NCBI GenBank assembly: GCA_030615175.1
Contig: JAUWZX010000001.1
Span: 62,566 to 126,565 of the forward strand
From: Candidatus Parvarchaeota archaeon
Lineage (GTDB): Archaea; Nanobdellota; Nanobdellia; WJKC01
DNA length: 64,000 nucleotides
Direction: 5' to 3'
Positions 41,320-49,638 of this stretch are shown here, piece after piece (within the stretch, counting starts at the first letter, position 1; every line of letters starts with the position of its first letter). The notes beneath the pieces are model-generated. The model was given only the letters and a program-made list of their open reading frames with translations, searched no databases and had not been told where the DNA came from. The translations under genes were made by a program, and so were the position numbers.

Positions 41320-43677
41320 ATGAGTCTTGAAAAACGCTACAATCCAAGAATTATTGAATCCAAATGGGCAAAGAAGTGGGAGAGGGAAGGAACATACAAG
41401 TTCAATCCTAAAAGCCGGAAGCCAGTGTACTCAATAGATACTCCGCCACCATATTTAAGCGGGTACTTACATGTCGGGCACGCAATGCATTACACTCAAT
41501 TCGAGTACATGGCAAGATACTACAGAATGAAAGGTTATAACGTATTCTTCCCGTTCGGGTCAGATGATAATGGCCTGCCAACAGAAAGGCATGTTGAAAA
41601 AAAATATAAAATAAATAAAAATACTGTCACTAGAAAAGAATTCACAAAGTTATGCCAAAAAGAAATAAAAATATTACAAGAAGTGTATAAGAATTTATTC
41701 TCAGAACTAGGTTATAGTTTTGACTGGAGTTTAACTTACAGTACAATTGATAAAAGAGCCACTAAAACAGCACAATTATCATTCTTAGATTTATACAAGA
41801 AAGGACTAGTTGAAAGAAGAAAAGGACCAACACTATGGTGTCCTCACTGTCAAACAGCTCTGGCGCAAGCAGAAATTGAAAGCCAGGAAGAAAAAACCAA
41901 ACTCAACTATATCCACTTCGAATTAAGGGATGGTGAAAAAATAGAGATTGCAACAACACGACCAGAATTATTACACGCATGCACCGCAGTCTTCGTCAAC
42001 CCTGATGATAAAAGGTATAAAAAATATGTTGGGAAAACAGCAAAAACACCCTTATTTAAGAAAACAGTAAAGATAATGCCTGACAAAATGGTTGACAAGG
42101 AATACGGAAGCGGAATAGTAATGGTCTGCACATTCGGTGATAAAACAGACATTGAATGGTACTACAAACACAAACTAAATTTAATAGAAGGATTGGATAA
42201 GCAGGGAAGATTAATCAATGCAGGCAAGTATAATGGATTAAGCATTAAGAAAGCAAGAGAAAAAATAACCAGGAATCTTAAAGAAAGAAGATTATTAGTA
42301 AAACAAGAAGACTTGGAACATGAAGTCGGGTTATGCTGGCGCTGCAGCACTCCGGTAGAATTCCTAATAACGAAACAATGGTATATCAACCTCCTCAATC
42401 ATAAGGATGAATTCATAAACCAGGGAAGAAAAGTTAAATGGCACCCTGAATATTATATTAAAAGATACGAGAACTGGGTTGCAGGACTCAAGTGGGACTG
42501 GTGTATTAGCAGGCAAAGATATTACGGCACGCAAATGCCAATCTGGTATTGCAAAAAGTGCGGCAAAGAAATCCTCCCTGAACCTGAAGAATTGCCTGTT
42601 TACCCAATAAATGAGAAACCAAAAAGGACATGTGATTGCGGCAGCAAGGAAACCATACCAGAAGAAGATGTTTTTGACACCTGGATGACTTCCAGCTTAA
42701 CACCATTCATAAATGCTTACTGGGCTTATGGAAAAAAATTATATAATAAATTAATACCAATGAGTCTGAGACCCCAAGCACATGACATAATCAGGACCTG
42801 GGCGTTTTACACAATTGTTAAAACATGGTATCATGAAAAAGAAATACCATGGAATAATATAATGATGAGCGGTCATGGACTAGATGCTAAAGGTAAGAAA
42901 ATGAGCAAGAGCAAAGGGAATATTATTCAGCCAAAAGAAGTAATCCAGAAGTATGGAGCTGACGCATTAAGATTCTGGGCTTCAACAGCAACGCTGGGAG
43001 AAGAGTTATCCTACAGGGAAGAAGATGTTATTAAAGGAAGCAAATTTATTAATAAACTCTGGAATGCAGCCAGATTCATAAGCACTCATGAAATTAAAGG
43101 AAAAGAAGAAAAAATTAATGCAAGTGATAAATGGATTCTGAATAAATTATATGATATAATTAAAAAAGCCACCAAGTACATGGATAAATATGAAATAAGT
43201 AAAGGCAGAAAAACAATAGCGAATTTCTTCTGGCATGAATTCTGCGACTACTACCTTGAAATGATAAAGTACAGGATTTATGATAATAATAACCCAACAA
43301 GAAACAATGCAATAAGAACTGCAAGAAACGTTCTTGAAAATGTTTTAAAACTTATGGCACCATTCACTCCATTCGCAACTGAAGAGATATGGAGGGAATT
43401 ATATAATCCTGAAAAAAGCATTCACTTAGAGTCATGGCCTGAAAAAGGCAAGGTTAGTAAGGAACTTGAAGAACTTGGCGATTTAATGAAAGAAATGATT
43501 AGTCAGGGAAGACAGTACAAAATATCAAAACGCCTGAGCCAAGGCGCTGAACTAAAAAAGGCAGTGATAACAGGACCAAAAGAATTAAAGAAAGTAAAAG
43601 ACATTATTAAAGGAACGCTCAGGATTAAGGATTTAGAATTAAAAGAAGGAAAGTTAAGTGCAAAATTTACTTCTTGA
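41320..43677 (+). CDS. valS: valyl-tRNA synthetase (compact archaeal type)
   Basis: 785 aa class Ia aaRS. PPPYLSGYLHVGH (HIGH), CP1 editing insert, KMSKSKGN. The N-terminal RYNPRIIESKWAKKWE and the size favour ValRS over IleRS or LeuRS. Confidence 0.7.
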   Translation: MSLEKRYNPRIIESKWAKKWEREGTYKFNPKSRKPVYSIDTPPPYLSGYLHVGHAMHYTQFEYMARYYRMKGYNVFFPFGSDDNGLPTERHVEKKYKINKNTVTRKEFTKLCQKEIKILQEVYKNLFSELGYSFDWSLTYSTIDKRATKTAQLSFLDLYKKGLVERRKGPTLWCPHCQTALAQAEIESQEEKTKLNYIHFELRDGEKIEIATTRPELLHACTAVFVNPDDKRYKKYVGKTAKTPLFKKTVKIMPDKMVDKEYGSGIVMVCTFGDKTDIEWYYKHKLNLIEGLDKQGRLINAGKYNGLSIKKAREKITRNLKERRLLVKQEDLEHEVGLCWRCSTPVEFLITKQWYINLLNHKDEFINQGRKVKWHPEYYIKRYENWVAGLKWDWCISRQRYYGTQMPIWYCKKCGKEILPEPEELPVYPINEKPKRTCDCGSKETIPEEDVFDTWMTSSLTPFINAYWAYGKKLYNKLIPMSLRPQAHDIIRTWAFYTIVKTWYHEKEIPWNNIMMSGHGLDAKGKKMSKSKGNIIQPKEVIQKYGADALRFWASTATLGEELSYREEDVIKGSKFINKLWNAARFISTHEIKGKEEKINASDKWILNKLYDIIKKATKYMDKYEISKGRKTIANFFWHEFCDYYLEMIKYRIYDNNNPTRNNAIRTARNVLENVLKLMAPFTPFATEEIWRELYNPEKSIHLESWPEKGKVSKELEELGDLMKEMISQGRQYKISKRLSQGAELKKAVITGPKELKKVKDIIKGTLRIKDLELKEGKLSAKFTS

Positions 43678-43760
43678 CTTGCTGCATTAACTAATATAAG
43701 AAAACATGTTTTTATTAGGTGGGTTAGGCCCAAAGGGAGGGGCTTGCCCATCCCTGGGAT

Positions 43761-44204
43761 TCACTTCTTAACTTGCTGCATTAATTTATTACCCATGACA
43801 TCCCAGTAAATAATTTCAGAACCATCCTTAACACGGTTCTTCAAGTCATCAGGAACCCGCAAGTCAAAAGTTTCATAAGTACTAACATCCATGACATTAG
43901 CAAACGTTTTCTCAATGACCTCAATGCCTCTCTGCTCTGTTTCAGTCCTGATTGTTAGAACTTGAGCAGAACGCTTGCTAATAATCGGCGTCTCAATCCT
44001 TGAACCACCACCCTTAACAATGCTAATCTTCTTACCGCCAATAATTGAAACTGCCTCAATCCTTGACTTAGCGTGACCATGCTTGCCAGCCCTGCTGTGA
44101 ACAATGCTTACAATCCTATAAGCCTCATCCTCATAAATAATGTAACGTCCAACCTTTAATTTATTAACCTCAATAATCTTCCTTTCACTGCTCAAAATCC
44201 TCAC
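43761..44204 (-). CDS. translation initiation factor 5A (aIF5A)
   Basis: 147 aa, GTG start. Hypusination loop SRAGKHGHAKSRIE, then an OB-fold C-domain. The start overlaps the histone gene stop (GTGA). Confidence 0.85.
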   Translation of the reverse strand: MRILSSERKIIEVNKLKVGRYIIYEDEAYRIVSIVHSRAGKHGHAKSRIEAVSIIGGKKISIVKGGGSRIETPIISKRSAQVLTIRTETEQRGIEVIEKTFANVMDVSTYETFDLRVPDDLKNRVKDGSEIIYWDVMGNKLMQQVKK

Positions 44205-44428
44205 CCCTTAACTTTACAAGCTAACTGAATGTCAACGCCTTTAACAGTCGTCCTGCTAGCATGCTTAGCGAACTTAACCGCCTTCGTTCCAACCTCAACC
44301 GCGAACTCTTCTAAAAGATTTCTTAAAACTTCCTTGGCACTTTTAGAAACTCTTTGAGCTCCAGCCCTCCTTAAAAGCCTGTTCATGGGTGCTAATTGAA
44401 TACTATGCTTACCCCCATTCCATTCCAT
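44201..44428 (-). CDS. archaeal histone (HMf-like histone fold)
   Basis: 75 aa. LAPMNRLLRRAGAQRVSKSAKEVLRNLLEEFAVEVGTKAVKFAKHASRTTVKGVDIQLA matches the archaeal histone-fold pattern. Confidence 0.85.
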   Translation of the reverse strand: MEWNGGKHSIQLAPMNRLLRRAGAQRVSKSAKEVLRNLLEEFAVEVGTKAVKFAKHASRTTVKGVDIQLACKVKG

Positions 44429-44488
44429 TAAAAAACCTCCAAAACAATTTAGAATTCTAAAAATCTTCTTAATTTAAAAAGATTTTCT

Positions 44489-44830
44489 TTATTTCTTTTT
44501 TAAATACTCTTTTGCAATAATAAAAGCAGTTTTCTTGTGTTTTTCTCCAATGACTTGAGGCACATACATATTCTCTGACAACAAATCAGCATCCTTTAAA
44601 TTCCCTTCATCATATAATTTTTTAATAACCCCGCACTGGAATTCCCTGCAAACAGTTAGTATATCCTCCAGCACTATAAGGTCATCAGGCTTTGTTAACC
44701 CTAATTTCTTTGCAATTGTTGAAATCTTCACAGCACCTTCAAACCCGATTAATCCAGGCAATTTCCTTAAAATGTCACAATAAGCTGCCTCACTAATTCC
44801 TAAAGCTTCATGAAATGGTATTTCACTCAT
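44489..44830 (-). CDS. hypothetical protein
   Basis: 113 aa ORF with no recognised motif. Confidence 0.4.
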   Translation of the reverse strand: MSEIPFHEALGISEAAYCDILRKLPGLIGFEGAVKISTIAKKLGLTKPDDLIVLEDILTVCREFQCGVIKKLYDEGNLKDADLLSENMYVPQVIGEKHKKTAFIIAKEYLKKK

Positions 44831-44866
44831 AAATAATTAGTTAGGTATTTCAGCTTATAAGCATTT

Positions 44867-45964
44867 TTATATTTTAAGTTTATACCTGAGGATTGCTCCG
44901 AAACCGCCTAATTGGAACAACTGCCGTCCTTCCTTAGTCTCATTACTAATTAATTCAACCTTAGTTCCATAATCATTAGCTTTCTCCCTAAACACTTCAA
45001 TATCAGCTTCATCCAATTCCTCGGACAATAATAAAGTGTCAACAACACCCATCTCAAGCACTTTTAAAACATCATCCATGCCGTAAACAACTAAGCCGTC
45101 ATCCTTGCCTAAATGATTAAGGAATTTATAAACAAGCTTCTTCTCATCTATTATTTCCTCCTGAACCAGTGCTTGCTCGCTCTTCTCAACCAACTCGTCT
45201 AAAGCAACTTCTCCTGAATGAGCAGTATCCTGAACAGTGATTACTTTATCCTTTAAGTGCTTAAGATAAGGACCGTCAGCAAATGAATCCTTAACCGGTC
45301 CTCCGCCGCCAACAAGAATTCCCTTCAAGTTATCAATATTGCCAAACAAGTCAATACAAGCCTTCCCTGCCCTGCGAAACCAGTCTTTCTGTATCTCTTT
45401 TCGGACGCGAGCAAAACGAGGAGCGCTCTGCCCTCCAGCACGCATCTTTCCAGGAACAAGGCTTGTGAATTCCTTAAGAACCTTAATTGACTTACCTTTA
45501 AGAAATCCAATAACTGCTTCATGGTCATCAAGAACGATTAAGCCATAAGCATGCCTTGCAGTAACCATGTCAAATAATGGAGTGAGAATGAATTCCTGGT
45601 CGCAGCGGTATATCCTAACTGATAAATTCTCAGGAGGCTCAAAAGACCATGCCTGAATATCCATCTGCCCTTCATTCTCTGAAACATTGCCGCAGAAAAC
45701 AGCCAAGCCATTAGGAGGAGTAACCTTGTAATAACGCAGTTCATTCAAGGTTTTGTCAAGAGCTGCAAGCACGTTCTTGCGAGTAGTTTTGGACTTAATG
45801 TTAGCAGCAGTGCTAATCTCCTGCGAAATCTGGTCCCGCACCACATTAATATTGAAGCCGGCAGGAACGTAAACAGTTATTAACTCAGTGTGGCGGGCGC
45901 GGCGCGTGCTTAAACTCTTCAATAACTTCTTCAACTTATATTTATCAATATTTTCGATAGGCAT
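44867..45964 (-). CDS. prf1: peptide chain release factor aRF1
   Basis: 365 aa. NIKS motif (AANIKSKTTRKNV) and GGQ motif (MRAGGQSAPRFAR). Somewhat shorter than typical aRF1. Confidence 0.9.
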   Translation of the reverse strand: MPIENIDKYKLKKLLKSLSTRRARHTELITVYVPAGFNINVVRDQISQEISTAANIKSKTTRKNVLAALDKTLNELRYYKVTPPNGLAVFCGNVSENEGQMDIQAWSFEPPENLSVRIYRCDQEFILTPLFDMVTARHAYGLIVLDDHEAVIGFLKGKSIKVLKEFTSLVPGKMRAGGQSAPRFARVRKEIQKDWFRRAGKACIDLFGNIDNLKGILVGGGGPVKDSFADGPYLKHLKDKVITVQDTAHSGEVALDELVEKSEQALVQEEIIDEKKLVYKFLNHLGKDDGLVVYGMDDVLKVLEMGVVDTLLLSEELDEADIEVFREKANDYGTKVELISNETKEGRQLFQLGGFGAILRYKLKI

Positions 45965-46005
45965 GTGTTAAGATTATATGTGAATGCGTTTTAAAGTTTT
46001 ACGAA

Positions 46006-46239
46006 TCAAAAAGTCTTGTATTCAACTCCTAATTTTTTAAATAAATTAATTATTATTAATGCTTCAGCATCATTAACGCTTATGGTTGCCTTGTTTACTT
46101 TCACGTGATTAATCCTGCTTAAAAGACCTTTCCTTTCATACTTGTACCTGCCATTATTTGAATAATCAATGTAGCCGTATAATCTACGGTGCAGTTTTCT
46201 TCGTGCGGAGGGGGTTGGGGTGGTGTAGGTTACGAGCAT
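46006..46239 (-). CDS. small hypothetical protein (77 aa from the internal Met; weakly Cas2-like beta-alpha-beta pattern)
   Basis: MLVTYTTPTPSARRKLHRRLYGY... The ORF track extends it to 46299, but a TATA box and an inverted repeat lie just upstream of the ATG at 46239. The family call is speculative. Confidence 0.35.
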   Translation of the reverse strand: MLVTYTTPTPSARRKLHRRLYGYIDYSNNGRYKYERKGLLSRINHVKVNKATISVNDAEALIIINLFKKLGVEYKTF

Positions 46240-46303
46240 ATTACTGTCTTTTAGGAGACAGTAATTTATATACCTAACGCATAAACACAACCCCTGCAAA
46301 CCT

Positions 46304-47551
46304 TTAAAAAAAAGATTTCAAATCCTTCTGAGACACCACATTCTTCTCTTGCCTGATGCCTTTTTCATCAAAGATAGGAATGCCGTACACGCCATCATAT
46401 CCAGGCTTAATCCTGACTTCCTGATTGCGGACTTTAATAATTGCTTTCCCGATTTCTTCCTCAAACGCGATTAATTCATCCTCAGGAACTTCAAGTATTA
46501 TATTAAATTCAGTGCCGAAACGCTTAATCCATGAAAGATAAGAACTCCACACAGACTTAGTTGCTAAACCCTTGCCAGTGAACTTGGAAATAATCTCAGC
46601 CAAAGGAATCAGGTTCTTAAAAGGAACAGCACCTTTATGTTTAAAACCAGCAGGCCTGTCAGCGAGTTCCTCAACACGATGTTCAACACCAATAGTTAAT
46701 GGCCTCCTGCACACTGGACAAATATTATTAATCTTCTTAGACTCCTTAGGAGAACATGAGAAATTACAATTCTTATGACCATTAAAATGATATTTTCCAT
46801 ATTCTGGCGCAGTCTCAATAGTCATTAAGAAATTCCTGCGCGTCCTTATCGCCTTGATTAATTCATTATAAGAAGGCTTAATGTCAAAAATATTGCACTC
46901 CCTGCCAATTCTCCAAGGCCACGGGCTGTGACTGTCACTATTACTCATTAAGGCATACTTATCAAGCATTGAACAGCGCCAATTCATAGCAGGATCTGAG
47001 GAGAGTCCTGTTTCAATTGCATGAATATGCCTTAGTTGCTCTCCATAACAATCCTTAATGTCATCATAACCGCTCATGCTGCCAAAAAGACTGAACCATG
47101 GAGTCCATACATGCGCAGGGATAACCTCACAATCAGGGTTAATATTCATTACTAACTCAACCAATTCCCTGCCTGACTTGCCGAAGATTGGCCTTCCATC
47201 ATAATCCAGTCTGCCCCACTTAAGCAGCGCTTCATTAATCTTGTCAACAGTTTTAAAGTCAGGAGCGAGTAATACGTGATGAATCTTGCGCACTCTGCCC
47301 AAGTGAGTGTAAATATTGGAAATCTCTGCCTGCAAAACGTAAAGCATGCCTTCATACTCATACAAGCCTGAGCCGTTAGGCTTAAGTCTGTCCTTAAGCT
47401 CTGAAATCCACTTAGGGTGAGTGAAGTCGCCAGTGCCGAGGAGATTAAGTCCCTTATACTTAGCATACTTGCTTATGTCAAGAACATTCATTAACTTAGA
47501 GGTGGCTCTTGAATAATGTGAGTGCAAATGCAAGTCAGCGAAGAGTTTCAT
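46304..47551 (-). CDS. endonuclease Q (EndoQ), PHP-domain nuclease for deaminated/abasic DNA
   Basis: 415 aa. ADLHLHSHYSRATSKLM...GLNLLGTGDFTHPKW, NSDSHSPWPWRIGRE, GKYHFNGH, a Zn finger CPVC and PLAEIISKFTGKG are collinear with my recollection of Pyrococcus EndoQ. Confidence 0.75.
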   Translation of the reverse strand: MKLFADLHLHSHYSRATSKLMNVLDISKYAKYKGLNLLGTGDFTHPKWISELKDRLKPNGSGLYEYEGMLYVLQAEISNIYTHLGRVRKIHHVLLAPDFKTVDKINEALLKWGRLDYDGRPIFGKSGRELVELVMNINPDCEVIPAHVWTPWFSLFGSMSGYDDIKDCYGEQLRHIHAIETGLSSDPAMNWRCSMLDKYALMSNSDSHSPWPWRIGRECNIFDIKPSYNELIKAIRTRRNFLMTIETAPEYGKYHFNGHKNCNFSCSPKESKKINNICPVCRRPLTIGVEHRVEELADRPAGFKHKGAVPFKNLIPLAEIISKFTGKGLATKSVWSSYLSWIKRFGTEFNIILEVPEDELIAFEEEIGKAIIKVRNQEVRIKPGYDGVYGIPIFDEKGIRQEKNVVSQKDLKSFF

Positions 47552-47676
47552 TTAATCAACTTCTTTAGGGTTTCGAAAGGGGCTCTGCCCCTTCGATGCA
47601 AGTCGGCAAATATTTTCATAAATTTCTTTAGTAGTAATTACTTAAAATGATTTGTGCATTTAGAATGATTATTGTA

Positions 47677-48690
47677 TTAAGAATTCTTTAAAAATTCTTT
47701 CACTTCTTTTAACGGATTTGCATTGCTGACTGAGCGCGCAATTAATTCAAGATTATCAGTGAAATTATTATGAACAACCCTGCCTGAAATTAATAATTCC
47801 CCTCCTATCAATTCAGGTGTTTTCTGCTTAATAACTGCTGATTCATCACCAGAATCCTTGAAAGATTTAAAGGCCTGCTCAGTCCTTACTCCAAGAAGTG
47901 ACTCAGCCTGCTCTCTGAAGAAAACACACCTAACCGTTCCTGTACCGTCATCAAGCACTCCATTAATAACCATTGCCTGCTTAGGAGTTACTTGCCCATG
48001 CGCCATGCACAACCCATCACTTAACTTCTTATTGCACTCAGGGCAGACTTCATAAAAAGGGCTGCGCTCAAATAACTGTACAAGGCACCCTTTAATAGTA
48101 GAGTCAACACCCTCCTGCAAGTCAGCAATGGTGAAGCGCTTTGGATTAAAATTAGGAGTATAAGACTCTTTCTTAACTTCAGGCATGTAAACCCCCTCAG
48201 GGTTAAGTTCAATTCTTGAACGAGCAGTTATGTGAAGTTCTAAACCATAAAGCCCTTCCTTTGAGCGCGTGTGAAAGACTTTGATAATGTCATTAACATT
48301 AATCCTGCCTGAACTAAGAATTTGAGTCTTATCATTCCAGAACACGAGGCGCGCCTGTTTGTCGCCGTCAGAAATAATCAGTGAACTAACGTGGCCCTTC
48401 CTCCCATCATGCGTAAACTCTCTTATTGGGAGAATGTCAATGACTCTGCCAATAATCGTGGCATTATTCAATCCAGGCACAACGTCTTTAATGCTTAAAG
48501 CCACGCCCTCTTTAGAGTGTGATAACTTAATGCCTAATTCATTAGCAACTATGTGTGCAGCCCCCTTCCGCGAAACAAGACCTGACAATTCCAAAACTTT
48601 CTGGTCAACCTTGTTAATAACTTCTGATTCAGCAAGTTTAGACTCCTTTACTATCTTATTAACAATCTCGTCAAAGCCAATCTCAATCAT
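47677..48690 (-). CDS. replication protein A-like ssDNA-binding protein (OB folds + zinc finger)
   Basis: 337 aa. Two OB-fold-like segments, the second interrupted by CPECNKK...CMAHG (a C-x2-C...C-x2-H finger), as in euryarchaeal RPA. Confidence 0.65.
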   Translation of the reverse strand: MIEIGFDEIVNKIVKESKLAESEVINKVDQKVLELSGLVSRKGAAHIVANELGIKLSHSKEGVALSIKDVVPGLNNATIIGRVIDILPIREFTHDGRKGHVSSLIISDGDKQARLVFWNDKTQILSSGRINVNDIIKVFHTRSKEGLYGLELHITARSRIELNPEGVYMPEVKKESYTPNFNPKRFTIADLQEGVDSTIKGCLVQLFERSPFYEVCPECNKKLSDGLCMAHGQVTPKQAMVINGVLDDGTGTVRCVFFREQAESLLGVRTEQAFKSFKDSGDESAVIKQKTPELIGGELLISGRVVHNNFTDNLELIARSVSNANPLKEVKEFLKNS

Positions 48691-48814
48691 TAATTAATTA
48701 ATGAAGAATTCATAATTTAAGGATTTAGGTGTTGAAATTAATATTTTAAGCGGATAGTAGGGGCTTCTTTTCAGTAGTTTAGTCTTACGCGTCATTCTTT
48801 TCAGTAGTTTAATT

Positions 48815-49612
48815 TTACGCGTATTCAAGTGTTTCATTAATTAATTGCTCGTAATCCTCAAAAGACATGACCGGGTAAGGAAGAATAAAATCTGAAGAAG
48901 GAACTTCAAAAGAGTAATCAACAATGACTTGAGTCATGTTATAACTCAAATCAAGCGCAATCATTGATTCTGGTGATGAAATCTTGCCTTTAATAAAAGT
49001 ACTTGACTCCAAAGTCAAGCCGGTTTCCTCATTAATACATATGACCATGCCGAAATCAGTTATTTCAGTAAGAACAGAGTAATCTAATTCAGGACTAAAA
49101 CCAAGCGAGGTATTATTGAGGTAAGACTTGTTAAGAATAAAATTCAGAATATTGCAATTCTCGCCATTAACTAATTTAGTGCCGAGGAATTCAATATCAA
49201 CAAAGTCATTAACAGCGAACTCATCAAGCAATCCGAAACTAATTAATAAGTCCTCATCACTTATCATGTAGCAGGCAGAAACGCCGTATTCGCTTGAACA
49301 TGAATAATTACCCTCATCCAAAACATACATTGATGACCTCATAACGCCAATTGAAAAAGGAGTTGAGTACTGGGAATCATAAGCCAATTTACTGCCTGAC
49401 TTGGATAATGAATAAGTTGTTAAGTAATCAATAGCAGCTCCAAACATTGAAACTCTTATATTCATGTCATAAACCAGTTTAAAATCAGAATAACTTGAAA
49501 ACTTCTCCTGAGACTTTAAAATTAACTCCTCAGGGTCAACTCTTACAGAAATCAGGTAAGAAGTCAGTGCTGTAGAAATAATGACTGCTGCAAGAACTAA
49601 TTTCTTATTCAT
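48815..49612 (-). CDS. secreted or membrane-anchored hypothetical protein
   Basis: 265 aa. N-terminal hydrophobic signal or anchor (MNKKLVLAAVIISTALTSYLI). No recognised domain. Confidence 0.45.
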   Translation of the reverse strand: MNKKLVLAAVIISTALTSYLISVRVDPEELILKSQEKFSSYSDFKLVYDMNIRVSMFGAAIDYLTTYSLSKSGSKLAYDSQYSTPFSIGVMRSSMYVLDEGNYSCSSEYGVSACYMISDEDLLISFGLLDEFAVNDFVDIEFLGTKLVNGENCNILNFILNKSYLNNTSLGFSPELDYSVLTEITDFGMVICINEETGLTLESSTFIKGKISSPESMIALDLSYNMTQVIVDYSFEVPSSDFILPYPVMSFEDYEQLINETLEYA

Positions 49613-49638
49613 GAATTGGGTAAATAAATAACTAAGTT

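Noticed and set aside
43691-43760. The spacer between the duplicated aIF5A ends was examined as a possible tRNA, C/D-box sRNA or miniature gene.
   Set aside because: No cloverleaf, no C (RUGAUGA) / D (CUGA) box pair and no ORF were found. It is kept only as part of the duplication finding.
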